Below, piece by piece: positions 21,884 to 34,589 of a DNA stretch of 44,617 nucleotides. The notes beneath the pieces were generated by a model, which worked only from the letters and a program-made list of their open reading frames with translations, was not told where the DNA came from and made no database searches. Numbering within the stretch: position 1 is the first letter of the stretch; the number at the start of each line of letters is the position of its first letter. The position numbers and the translations under genes were made by a program. The DNA is from Klebsormidium nitens. Its lineage: Eukaryota; Plantae; Klebsormidiophyceae. Where the stretch lies: positions 1 through 44,617 of the forward strand of contig DF237623.1 in assembly GCA_000708835.1 (NCBI GenBank), in the 5' to 3' direction.

Positions 21884-23476
21884 GTGTGTTCGATGGTCAA
21901 ATTAAGCTCGATAGAGGTTTCTTTTGCACGGTCGCGTGCCATTCTTTTGTTGCAGCAAAGTGTACAATATTGCAGAAGCATTGGGAGAATTGCATTACGG
22001 GCAGACGCCGGTTCGATAACAAGGTGCCGCAGGAGCTTCTTGAAGCGCTACCACTTACGCCCGCCGTCTATGGACGGTATGTGGCCCACCGAATCCGACA
22101 CATCCGGTAAAGGAGCGATATTGGGGCTACAGGTCCGGAATTTCAATAATCGGCTTGAAGTCGGGCCGTGGGCCGTGGATAATCAAAAATCCTATATAAA
22201 CCTTTGACTTTGTCAACTTCACCCGCATGACTCGAAAGTCAGGGTGTACGCATAATATGATGTTCAGAGTTGGAGTGACGGTCACTGAATCATTCGGATC
22301 CACTTTGAAGTTAACACAATTCTAGCGCACCATGGCTGCGGCGGCGCCACATCTGACCAAGCTGTCAAGTTAATATGAAGCTTAATCATTCTATGCATGG
22401 GCGGGAAGTACGTGTACAGGCTTTCCGTCCCGGTCCGCCTGAGCCTGGCCGGCGCGTGTTGGTGGCAGCAACTGAGTTGCGGCAATCCGATTCAACATAT
22501 AGAGCTGCAGCGCACCCCCGCGTACACTGGTGATATTCTGAGTTCGATCTATAATTCAGTGCATTCATTGAAGGGTAAGCTGCCGGGTGCATGCAATCAC
22601 TTATATACCACGTCTAACTCGATCAGTCCGATCAGACCGTCTGACCCGGCCGGCCAGGAATGGATGCATGGTTTCTGCAGTGCACCCTGTATATACGGTA
22701 GTAGGCTCTTAGTCCATTCAACGTCAGTCGGAAGATCATAGCGGGGCCCATGGGCTTACTGTCGGAGTGCTGCCAGGCTGTCATGTTGTAGTTTCGTGTT
22801 GGGCATGCACTTGAGAAGATCGAACGGATCTCCAAAACTCAAACGTACGATGTATGCCACAACGCGCCCAGCGACGGTACGTGGCCGGCCGCCCGGACCG
22901 ACGCACTGCAATTCCAAAAACGTATGCTACCCGTCCAACAGGTATATCGACATATCAACATATATATATCGACGATCTGACAGACTTAGACCCATCCTCG
23001 GAAAGATTCAACTCGAAGTCATGTCGCTGTCGAACTGAGGAGCGTCTAATGCCCGCTCAAGAAACCCATGGCTGCGTAAACGAAACTTTGTCTGACCCTT
23101 GCAGAATTTTCCAAACTTAGTAAGTCCAAAATCTAGAGCGGCTTCTGTACATCTGTTGACCGTGGTCTTATGAGGACGAATCCATTGCCAGCACTTGAAA
23201 GGACCAGGGACTTCTGCTGTAGCGAAGCGTATAACTTTTGCAAGCTGGGCCTCATAAGCCAGTCTCTGTTGAAAGCATCATCTTTGCCGGTCGACCGTAA
23301 AAGATGCCTACTGCGGCGATCAAAAGGGTCGGTCTGGCCAGCTTCAACCATAACTTAAGGCAACACGTGTTCAAAACACAACATACTTTACGTCCTGAGA
23401 ACTGCACTACTTCGGGTGTTCATCGGTAGAAATCTGCCTTCCGCTCGCAGGCGGGCGGCAGTGCGATTCATGTCCT

Positions 23477-26400
23477 TTAGCAGGACTGGCTGTTACAGTA
23501 GGTGGGCTTGGGCCGCCCCCCCGGGCACAGGTTCTGTTCGATGTCGTACCCGATGGCGAACAGGTCGCCCTCGTTGTAGGGGTACCCGTGCAGCGTGATG
23601 CCCTGCGGCAGGCCCACCGCGTTCACGCCCAAGCACGGCACCGTCAGCCCGGGGAACCTGCGGGAGAGGGGGGTGAGAATGGTAAGATCGTGACATACAG
23701 GGTATCTGCTAAGGCATACGTATGTCGTCAAATCTTTGGAGAACACTCTTCTCGAACTAAGCAACCCGAGAAAGGAGAAAGGACTGGAGACGAGGGTTCT
23801 ATACATGAAAATGACAACCTACTTCGCTTGAAAAGGAAAAACGACGTGTCCTTGTAGGATCTTTGTCAAATGAATAATAGACGGAGGGGAAAGAGAGAGG
23901 CGACGACGCAGACGAAGCATGAAACGAAGACAAGCAAGGATGCTCTTGCAACCATTGTTAGCGGCAATACTAGTCTCGCAAAACTTGACGCTGCTTGTGG
24001 TGTAGAAGCGTTTGCCGCGGCGCTCACCCGATGCGCGCCCAAGTGCCAATAAGGTTTCCGTTGCTGGCGACGGCGTCGTAGCTGTTGCTCTTGAAGAAGT
24101 CGCTGATGCTCGCAGCGATGATGGAAGAGTTCTGCGCGCGCACAAGCCACAACCAGATGATTCTGACGATAGCCGGAAACTGCGACCGTTTATGAGCTTG
24201 CAATCCACCAAAGCAACTCCGGGTGATTAAGGGCGGAGCAGACGTCTTTAGCGGTGCTCGTATCCCTCAAGCATCATCCAGAGACTTCGCGACAGTTCAA
24301 TAGCTTTTCGCGTTGCTCAGGACAGAAGTCTTCATTGCTGACGAAAGCTTCGGGTCTCGCGCGCGCACCGTCCTTGCGCTGAGGTAGGCGGCGTCCCGCT
24401 TGTCCCCGGTGGCCTGGCTGGCCTCCCAGCTCTGCTGGTACATGTTGGCGTACGCAGGGTCGCCGCGGCAGCACACGCCGCCCTGGAACTCCAGCTCGTA
24501 GTTCTGCAAGCAACAAGGAACAAAACAGAGGGCCCTCACTTCGTATAGATCTGAGAGCTGCTGACGCGAGCACGCTCAAATGAGCACGTGGTCTGCATCG
24601 AGGATGAATTGATGGGGAAAAAGAGATAGAATTCTGTTAGGTGAGTAAGCTGCGGTTTGGCCAGAAATTTCGAGCGGCCGTACCTTTTTGTTGTACTCAA
24701 TCATGTCCGCGAGGCTCTTCTGCACCGTGTACCCGGCCTTCCACGTGAGCTCTGCAACAACAAAGGGCAACGGCTGCGGGTGAAGGAGCATGAAACTTCG
24801 AAAAATTCTCGTTAATTCAGCAGAGCTTGAGCATTGCGTAGTGGGAGCGCAGATTGAAAGCGAGTTTTCGCAAGTATAAACGTTTCGACGTGGGCCAGAG
24901 CGGTACCCTTGCGCACTTTCACCATCCATGAGGGAGATCCTGCCTTAACGAGAATCACATCACTACCATTCAGCAACTGTTGGAGAATGCGGGGCCTCAC
25001 GCGAAAGGTAGAGGTTGATGTCGACCTTGAAGTCGCCGTTGAACAGGTTGCCGCCCAGGGTCAGGAACGCGAAGTTGGACGGTAAAACGTCTACAGTGGC
25101 GCCGCGAGACCTACACAGATAATACATTCAACATTGACTGCATGGAGCACGATTTCTGCCTTTCTCGACAAGAAGCAGAAGGGACCACGTCACTCCCGTG
25201 ATAGATCCGCATGAAGAGAAAGCTTTGCAAAAGCGCGAAACTTGAGAATGCCCCATTTTCACCTTGTCTTAACCAATATCAGCTTTCATTCTTTGTGGAA
25301 GAAGTACTGCCTCGAAAAGAGTACTGCCTCTGCTTTTCAAAGCAGAGATACTCCGACAACAGGATTGAAGGGCTTATCGGCCTGGTACAGTTCCAGGTAG
25401 TCATTCTCCTCCAAACGCGCGGCCTGAGACTAGCAGGACCAAATTGACACGAGTACGAGATGCTGACCTGAGCAAGTCTGGCAGCGCGGCATATGCCGCA
25501 ACAGCGGGTCCAGTGGTGGTGGCGGGCAGCGGGACGACCGCGATCTTCTTGCCTGCACACGCAGCGTTCCCGAATGACGGAACCGTTCAGCAGAATGGGG
25601 AAAGCTGTCGTAAGCACATAAGTAAGCTCGCATGTCCTTTATTAGCTACAAGGGCTTGATAGGAAGGGAGATCAGCGTCCATACGACGCTCTCGAGAAGA
25701 TTTTTGCAAGGTCGAACGAGATTACGACATTTGGAAGCGGCAGATTCGTGCTGTAGACCCGAGGAAGTAAAGGAACATCCTTGTCAGCGCGGAAGGCGTT
25801 CCGTGCGCGCGCTTACCCGCGAGGCCGTCCTTTTTGAGGTACGGCAGGTAGCCCCCCGCGGGGCGCGTGTAGGGCGGCAGCCAGGGCGTGGCCCCCGAGT
25901 GGATGGGGTCCGCCAGGTCATCGTACGCCATCGCGTCGAACATGTACAGGCAGTCCGCCACGTAGCGGCACATGGGCCTGCCACAAAGACACGAGGGGGC
26001 AAGTCGGCTGCATCGACTGACTTCGAGTTAGACAGTGGGAACGCATGTTCGAAAATACTGCTTGGGGGGAATTAATGGAGGAGGCAGTTGGGGTTCATCA
26101 GGTTGTACCAGACTGGTTGTCAACCTCCTGCTTTGACGTGACTCGCTTGCGAGATCTAGAGCAACTCGAAAGGTTCTGAACAGCATAACCGAAAGCAAGT
26201 TCAGAACCGACGTACGCGTGAGGTATCCAAAGACAACCATCTCATGAGAAATTGATGTTGTCAACAAGCAGCGAAGACTTCGTCGAGTGGCAGCTGCACA
26301 AGAGCACACTTTTGCTGTGCACAGTCTGCAGGATTCTGGACGAGTAGCGCGCGCGCACCCTGCGGTGTCCTGCGTGGCCCCGAGCGGGACGATGCCGTTG

Positions 26401-29400
26401 CGGCTCATGACGCCCACAGTAGGACGGAAGCCGACGATGCCGTTGTTGCGGGCGGGCAGCAGCACGGACCCGCCAGTCTCGCTGCCGACCGTCACGGCGA
26501 CCTGGAGAAAGAGGCAGATTTGGGCTAGGCGCTGATACTGGGCCGCTCTCCTGCATGCCGATGTTCGTCTTCTTTGAACCGCTTTGAACGCAATCGAAGG
26601 CGGCTCGTTCACTTGTAACGCCTCTCCTCTCGCAATTCAGGGATCGGAGCTTCTTGTTTCAATCGCTTGGCAACACAGACGAGTGTGGTATTTCACAAAG
26701 GTGAGGAGTTATGCAGCTTTCGAAATTATCTGATCGAACAAGGTAAGGACTGAAAAGCTTACAAGCCCTCCAGCCAACTCTCAAGCAGATTGACGACAGG
26801 GCTGGCGGTTTCTCTTTCGGTAAGACGTACACGTATGCGTCGTATGAGGAAGGGTTCCAATCCGACAAGTACGGAAAGCTCGGAACATTGTTTTCGGGCA
26901 AACACCTACTCAAACGAAAAGGCCTTCAAACTGCGGACGAATCCAGTTCACCGCCGTTCAGTGTGAGAGGGATCCCCCGACTTTTCGCATCTTGTGCTCA
27001 CCATGTTGGTGGCCGTTCCGGCTCCTGATCCGCCGGAGCTGCCGGACACGATGGTGGGGCTGTTGACGGCGGTGAAGACGGAGCCAGCGGGAATGGCGCT
27101 CGGGACCTCCGGGTACGGACTGACGCGCGCAGTGATGTTTACGGGCTGGTACCGCACATACGGGTCCTGGCAGCAGCGAGGGTGAGGCAGGCTGATACGA
27201 CATCGAGCGTACAGCGGACGGATACAAGTCGTATTACAGAATGTAAAACAGGGGAAAGAAGGTATGCTGCATTCGATAGACGAAAATGGAGTGTGTCGCG
27301 TGGATCTGGTCGAGGCCTTGCATCAATACAGGCTGACGTCAAAGCAAGGCAGAAGGGAGACTCAGGAAGGGAGAAAGTTAGGACTGGGGATGTACCCAAA
27401 CAGGATCTGTACGAAACACTTGGCACACCGACTCAACATCACCAAATTTGTATTTGGGCCTTATCGACTTACGTAGACTTGTCCTCCGCGACCGGACCAG
27501 CCCGAGACGACGGCATTGGGTTCCACCCCCGCGCGGAAGAAGGCCCACTCGGAGAGGCCCATCTTGGCCATGATGATGCCGCCCGCCGCAATCAACAGGT
27601 CCACGATGGGCGCCTGCTTATGATACGACCCCAGCAGGTTCCAGGACCCGGCGGTGGCGTTCATGCCGTCCGAGTTGATGTTGTCCTTGAGCCCGATGGG
27701 CACGCCGTGCAGCTTGCTCAGCGCACACTCCGGCAGGCACGCCATGCGCTCCTGGTCGCGGGCCTCGGCGATGGCCAGCACGTCGGGGTCGATCTCCAGC
27801 ACGCTGTTGATGGCGTACGGCGCCTGGGGAGGAGGAAGAACAACAACGTGTCAATCAATTGATCACTGTGCATAACCGTGTGCCTACTTCAAGGCAAGAA
27901 GCATGCTGCAGACCTGATATAGACCTCTTATAGGAAGGAAGAGCGAAGTGGTGCCCAATGTTTGACGATCGGCCGAAAAGGTCTACGGCTTTGCATTTAT
28001 TGAATGCTTCGAAACGAGAGGGACTGGCCTGTTCCACCCTCTGAGGACCTGAGGATTACTGTTTGCAGGACCTTAGAGGCGCCAATGAAAGACGGATGGC
28101 ATGAAAAGCGTGCTGGCTTAGATCTAGATTGGCTTGTTTTCAACCTTGTCCTGACAGCCTTGACTAGATATTTCCAGCATTGCATAACCCTCTTACAGAC
28201 AGCAGAACCTTAGTGCTTCGAAAACTTCTGTGCATATGCAGTACTGCATTTCCATGTTGACAGGACCTCAAGATGATAATTCAAAATATCTGAAAAAGAA
28301 GTCATTACTTTGGCACTTGGCAAAATATTCCTTCCCGCTGCTTCCAGCTGACTTCCCCTCACCATTCCTGCAAATGTGGCAATGCTGTCGTAGTCGGCAA
28401 TCCTCTTGAGGTAGCACTCCACGAGCGCGCGCGACGTGAGCTGCCCGGACATGAACAGCTCCTGGATGGTGTCCAGCCCAATCTCGATGATGGCGCCACA
28501 CCCGAAGTTGGACGGCTGGCTGGGGAAGGAGCCGTCGGGGCTCTGCTTGTAGCATGCGTAGCCGCTGCCGGGGAAGCAGGAGTAGCCTGCCGGGCAGCAG
28601 TAGGGCGTGGCGGTGCCGGGGATGGTGCACGTGGTGGGGTACATGGCGCTGGCGCAGAAGCCAGACGAGGGGGCGGGGATGCCAATGGGGGCGGTGCCTG
28701 GGGGGGAGGTGTAGAAAGGAGGGGTGTTGATCAGGGCCATTCGGTAAGATGGAAAATGTCACACTGATCCGATCAGGCGGGCTGACTGCAAGTACTGGTG
28801 GCTTGAAGTCTGGAAGTCAGTTCATGAAGGTCCAGATGAGACCGCTACATAAACGGAAGGAAAAGATGCGCTCTGACCAAAACTCTAGCGCATCAATGAA
28901 ATTTTCCTACCGTGTTCTTGAAATGGTGTGTATGACTATCAAGCCACTGGCCGTCTCCACTTAATGTGGGCCACAGAAGTTTATGTCAGGTTCTACATAG
29001 CATTGGTTGCTTCCAGCTTCAATGTCATCCTCATACGGCTCTCACCAGCATTGTCTCCAGATGGACCAGATCACCTGCTTTGCATGCTTGTGGCACACAA
29101 TCTGGTTACTCCCGTGCTGTTTTCAGTTGTGGGCTGACTCTCACCATCTGTGGAAGGTGGCACACTGGCGGCTGTCTGCAGCAGCTTGCGCACGGGGTCC
29201 TGCCTGCCGCGCAGCTGCTCTGCCACCTGCAGGGGCAGCCGTGACGACGCACACACCGCCTGCACCAGCAGGGCCACCACTGCATCGACGCAAGAAACAA
29301 GCAGGAGGTCAGGTGCTCGCTCGCTTCCGACGGTTGACAAGAGGTTGAAGAGATCTACATTCTTGTCAACATCACTTAACAGCAATAGGATTTTCGCCAA

Positions 29401-29471
29401 AATAGAGGAATGGTCTGCAGCTCACCTGTGAGGCGCCAGAGCACCGACCTGGCTGCAATGCCTGGACCCAT
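23477..29471 (-). CDS. Secreted amidase-signature family enzyme with N-terminal Cys-rich module, 13 exons, ~672 aa
   Basis: Exons 29426-29471, 29145-29279, 28363-28697, 27473-27823, 27002-27166, 26359-26501, 25817-25977, 25468-25552, 25001-25110, 24684-24751, 24369-24503, 24028-24131, 23477-23657 sum to 2019 nt. Motifs LHGVPIGLKDNI (Lys), SGSSGGS, VGSETGGS (Ser), GFRPTVG and GFPGLTVP. A signal-like segment reads LWRLTVVALLVQAVCA. Confidence 0.9.
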
Positions 29472-30004
29472 GGGCGCCGCAATAAGCTCGGAGGCTGCTG
29501 CCACAGAAAATTGGCGAATGCCCCTCACGAGAAGAGGCTGTGACCACGCAAGAAAATGCTCGTAGGGGCGATAAAGTTGACGATCCAGGGGTTTGAAGTT
29601 GTGGGCTGCATTAGCTGGGGGCTTTAAGTTTGATTGAAAGGCGACAAGCTGCTGGGAGACAGTAATCTACCTCCGGTTCCATCAGTACATTCCTTTGTCC
29701 GACTTCCCAGCTGCCGTGATGACCCTTTGGCCCCAGGCTGGCAGGCTGTCATTGGCAAGTGCGGCCTTGAGTCTGGGTTGAACTCACCGTTTCATGATGC
29801 CATTTTGGCGCAGGATTCCGTCCTCGGCCACTCTGAGTCTGTGGACTTTGGAGGCCGCAGTGGAGCAGAGCTGCAGCCCAGCTAGAGCCCTTTCGCTGGA
29901 GCACCGTGCTTTGCACGAGCCAGTCAGTGCGGTGATTGGTGGGGGGAGCGCTGCAGAGCGCCGCATCCCGTTTCCAGGCTTGAAGTTACCACGTAAGGCT
30001 CGAG

Positions 30005-30106
30005 GTACCTAGGTACTACCGGTAGGTACTGGTGTGTACCATGCGAGAGTCAGTGAGACTACGGTATACGAAGAACTAGCAAGTACCTATGGTACCCATG
30101 TGGTAC
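30005..30106. promoter_or_regulatory. Cluster of 7 GTAC motifs (several as GTACCTA/TAGGTAC) upstream of the amidase
   Basis: GTAC at 30005, 30013, 30026, 30036, 30083, 30092 and 30103. The regulatory function is only inferred. Confidence 0.35.
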
Positions 30107-31336
30107 ACTGCGATGCAGCAGGTCGGGTTGTCTGACGACATTTGAACCACATGTTTCACATGTATACCAAAAAATTCCTATACGGGGGGACTTGTTGATA
30201 TCAAAAAATTGCCCCCCCGAAGACGAGGGGCATCTGAAAGCATCTTCTTCGATGTCGTCAGTCATTACTGCAGGCGATATTTGCAGCCGCCAATCATTCA
30301 ACATACTCGATGAGGTTCGTAGAACACCATGACCGTTCGATGCGTTACTAAGACGATCGGACGGGAAAATGGCAGAAGTCGGTCCAAGGCGCGCGCGTGA
30401 AGGATGGGGGTTCCGTTACCAAATTGGGCAACAAAAATAAGGATCAGCAGTACATACCGGCAACGTCCTCGTCAACTTCGTCACGATTGGACTCTTTGCT
30501 GATGACAATGTTCAGAATGCCAGGCAGCGCCCCTACGATAAGAAACGTGAGTCTGTTCAACCACCCTCCTTTCCTCACTGCTCAGGCTGCTTTCGGTACA
30601 GCATTTCTGAATAGGTATCTGAATATCCTATACGCACCATATCTGCAGTACCTGTGGTCAGTCAAATCAACGTCAGCTAAAGCGACCTGCCAGTGGTCAA
30701 GGTCGGTGGTCGAATCACCTAAGGCTCGGCAATATGCAGCTGATATGACTGATAGCACTTAGTAGGAAGACGCGCGCACAATGTTTCCAAACTCCTCGCG
30801 GCGGACCAAAAAGCTGGAATGAGTCCAGGTCCTGACGTCAGGAGAATGGCCCAGGGCCCAGCAGGGCCAGACTCTATTGTGATAGTAAAATACGTTCATG
30901 GGATAGCTCGCCGGAGGATTGCAGTCAGCATGCAGGTTGTATGCCCCCTGTACGCGCTGGAAGCGTGATATTTGAGACACGTTTTCTGTCAGAACTAGCT
31001 CCTTAAAGCCAGAGGGCGATGACTGCGAATCGCTGGGAAACACGGAACATCGTCAAATAAAGCCGGCCCAGTTTCCGGTTCCCGTATCCATTGGCCAATT
31101 TTAAACTTCAACGCTGCAAATCACTGACTCACTTGACTCTCTGAAGAGCAGCTATGCTGGCCTAGTACTAGCGGCGCCCGCATCTGAACTTCGGAAGGAC
31201 TCTTTGCAAAGAAACCTTCCTCATCTAATTGTAAGGAAGCACTGGCTTGCCGGGCCGCCTTGGACGGCGCCGTCGGTCACTGGCAAGGTCTTGCTTCCTG
31301 TGGGTGCTCGCCAAACGAGCGAACGCATGAAACGCA

Positions 31337-32997
31337 ATGGACCGCACAGCATTCAACACTCAGCAGGTCAATTTTCTGAAGGAGATATACTCTAAGGAAG
31401 AAAAGTGAGCCCTCGTTCGTATCATTCTGGTGCCCGAGCCCCAAGGAGGGGGACTCGTCATCCTGCGTGCCTTGAATCCAGCTGCATCAGTACATTGAGA
31501 AACAGTTTAGATTTCCAAGTAAACAGTAGGCCAGATCTTTGCTGCACGACGCAGACAGCCTATTCAGCAAAGCCCTTCAACTGTGAAATTGCAAACTACT
31601 ATACGTGCTGGACTAGGTTGGGCAGAGGTCAATCATTCAAATCTCAGTTCTCGATTGCACGACAGGAAGCTCCCCCGTGTGATTCTTCTTGTCACGCTCA
31701 TTTCTGACTAGTTTCCCGCTGCTGTTGCTGTGTTGCAGGTACCGCAATGAGTTTCTGGACAAAGTAGATGCCGCAGAGCGTGCTGCAGGGGGGGGCACCG
31801 CCGACTTCGAGGACGATCTGGAGGAGACCCCCCACACAGGAAGAGGGGGGGCAGCTACCAGTGTGAGCAGCCAAAGCCGGCGGGGGTGTGAGCCCAGGTC
31901 AGCAGAGGAGGCCATCCAGGGGGAGATCTCTAAGGTGCGCGGCCAAGCTGGGCCGCAACGCGCAGCAGGGCTCTACATGCTCAGACGAAGCATAACAGGG
32001 ACATCAGAGAAGACCTGCTTGTAGATACTGCCGTACCAAGCATAAAACCCTAAGCTCACAGTCGTTTCCCTTTTTGGTCGGTCAGCAATTAAAGAGTTGA
32101 GCATCTTTCGAAAGGATGGAATGGCGAGCCACACCCCGCAGGATGTCGGAGTGAAACAAACAAAAGACTCATTGTTTTAAAAAGGAGCTCGCTTCCTCTC
32201 GGAAATCATTTTATTGATAGGCGCTCGCCCAAAAAGCGAAGAAGGAAAAAGAGTCTTTTTCAGCAAAGAGCCACTCGGCGCAGGGAATTGGAGCTAGTGT
32301 GAAACCTTCAGCGCCTTCAATTTTCCAGAAAGATTCGTTGTGTTTTATCTGCTAAAAATAAGTAGCGAAGAGAGCTCGCTGCGCTTAACAAGAGTTCAAA
32401 TAGCAACCGTGTGAGAAGATCAAGCACTTTCACACTGCCGTTTTGTGCTTTTGCAGAACCTTTGGCGGCGTGTGAACCCCGGGTACGTGGAGCCGCGGCG
32501 GGACCAGATGGTGAGCACCGGCAAGACGGCCTTCGTGTATGAGCCCGACGAGGTGAGCACTTCCGGTCGACCACCGTCTGGTGAAAATGCGGCTGTGGCG
32601 TCACACTATCGTGCGGCTCTCTCTGACAGCAATTATGAGTGTAAGCTGACTCCGCTATGCCATTCCGGGCCCTTTTGAAATCCTTTTGAAATTCTCATTG
32701 CAACCAAGACGTGCTGGCGTCTCGCCTAGTGCTTGCGATCAGCCAAAAACGTGAGCTGCGGCAGGACCACACTCAGACAGCACGAGATCGATCTGCGGCG
32801 TGGCCCGTGTGCAGATCGAGCCTGTGTCGCGCGAGCACTTCCGCAAGCGCGACACGTTCACGCAGTACGTGGAGGCGTCCTCGCGCTACAAGCTGCTCAT
32901 GAAGGCCAAGGGAGCCGACGCCGGGCCGCCCTCACCGCCCGCAGCAGCCCGCGCACCCGCCCAGCCGAAAGCGGCAGACAAGCCAGCAAGCGCGTAG
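31337..32997 (+). CDS. Hypothetical protein, 5 exons, ~188 aa
   Basis: Exons 31337-31366, 31555-31616, 31739-31934, 32457-32552, 32815-32997 have canonical splice sites and consistent phases (567 nt). The last exons have GC3-rich codon usage like neighbouring genes. The first exon and start are less certain. Confidence 0.7.
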
Positions 32998-34589
32998 CTA
33001 GCATGCTGCCCCTTCGTCTCACCTTAAGTCGTGTTGGTCATCTCAAATTCTGTATTCTCGACAGTTAAGTAACCCCATTTAGACCAGACCAAGGCAGTTC
33101 CGCCCGGCTAGCTGTCCACCGCCACGCAGGCTGAGTCGAGATCTCATACAAGCATGGCTCGTCGATGCTTCTTGCAACGGTTCTCACTCACGTGCTCTGC
33201 AGGCCTTGCCACATGAGCCTCGATAGTTTTGTCAAGTCAGGTTGACTTCTTTGTGCGGTTTGTATGACTCAGCTGTACAGCGATCGGATGATCACGTATG
33301 TGCAGATCACATTCAAAGACGGCTAGCTAGCCTAGGCGGCCGCCGCAATTGCGCCCGGCCGGCCTGGGGCACAGAGCGCTACTGTAGCCTGGATGGTGTA
33401 CGTTTGAGATCAATGGTCCAACTTACAGCACCTAGAGCTGCCGACAACCAGTGCGCATACCGTACACAATGACGGTGTCATGATCGCTGTTCCTGATGGT
33501 GTATATACATCTTAAGCCATGAATGTAGAATTACCATGATACATGGAGCTGCCGCCGGGACTGAGTGAGACGTTGATCATATTCATGGCCATCATTGGTG
33601 CGCAATGAGAATGAATCACCTTCAAGAGCATGATTTGTGGAACGGATGACTTGATAACGTTTGATTGAAAGCTGCATATAAGCGACAGTGCACATGTGTG
33701 ATCGACACATTAGGCTTTCATTTTCTTGAATCATCGATCCACTAGTACTGCACCATGATGGCCCTAGAATTTCGAACGGATATACTATAATTCGTGGCTA
33801 CGGTAATGCATGTGCAACTTCGATCCAGCGCACGCGCGAGTGCTATCATTAGGTATATCCTAGTATAGTACCTAGTCAAGCAATATAGATTCATCATGCA
33901 TGAGATGCATGTATGACCGATCGTCGATCTGACGGCATCATTCGTTTAAGGCATTTCCACCGGTACGGTAGCTGTGCTCTTGTTCTCCGAACTCGATTCA
34001 GAGTAAACTCTGCATGCAGCAAACCGTACATGCAGCCGGGTGCTCCTGAGCGCGGGATGTTCAGGCTGGCCGCCCGGAAAGCCACTGGCAACGTTGGATC
34101 GACAACAAACGTACACCAGCACGATGAGCTCCGCCGGGACTGCTTGTACCGAACACAGTGTCGGACGGCAAATCATCATTCGATTCAGAGTGAGTCAGGC
34201 TTCGAAGACGCTAATCTAACTTAGAAAAGGCTCGTGTTCATTTGATCGGAAAACCGTACAACTCTAATAGATTGGGGGCACGTTATTTGGCTTGATCAAC
34301 ATCGACTTGTTCCCACCAACTTTATTGTAGCTTTGTCTAGTTTAGTGAAGGTAAGTCATCTGGACCCCGTGACTGGTCTCCGTCCTTGATGCTGCAATCA
34401 ACTACGGTAAAATAACAATCACAACGTAACCACTATTGTCAATTATAAGCTATGTATGCGAGCAGTAATGATGCATAAAGCAGATGCAACCCCCTCTACA
34501 AGGCGCCGTTATTTATGTTCCGACCTTTTTGAGTCCTACATATCCTACTTCTGCGCGTGCCCTTGTTCCGTTGTCCTCTACTGTTCCGC

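Noticed and set aside
22200-23050. GATC/TGCA-rich intergenic block, similar in texture to 10460-11050 and 33470-34450
   Set aside because: I could not align these blocks convincingly by eye. They may be old repeats but cannot be supported.
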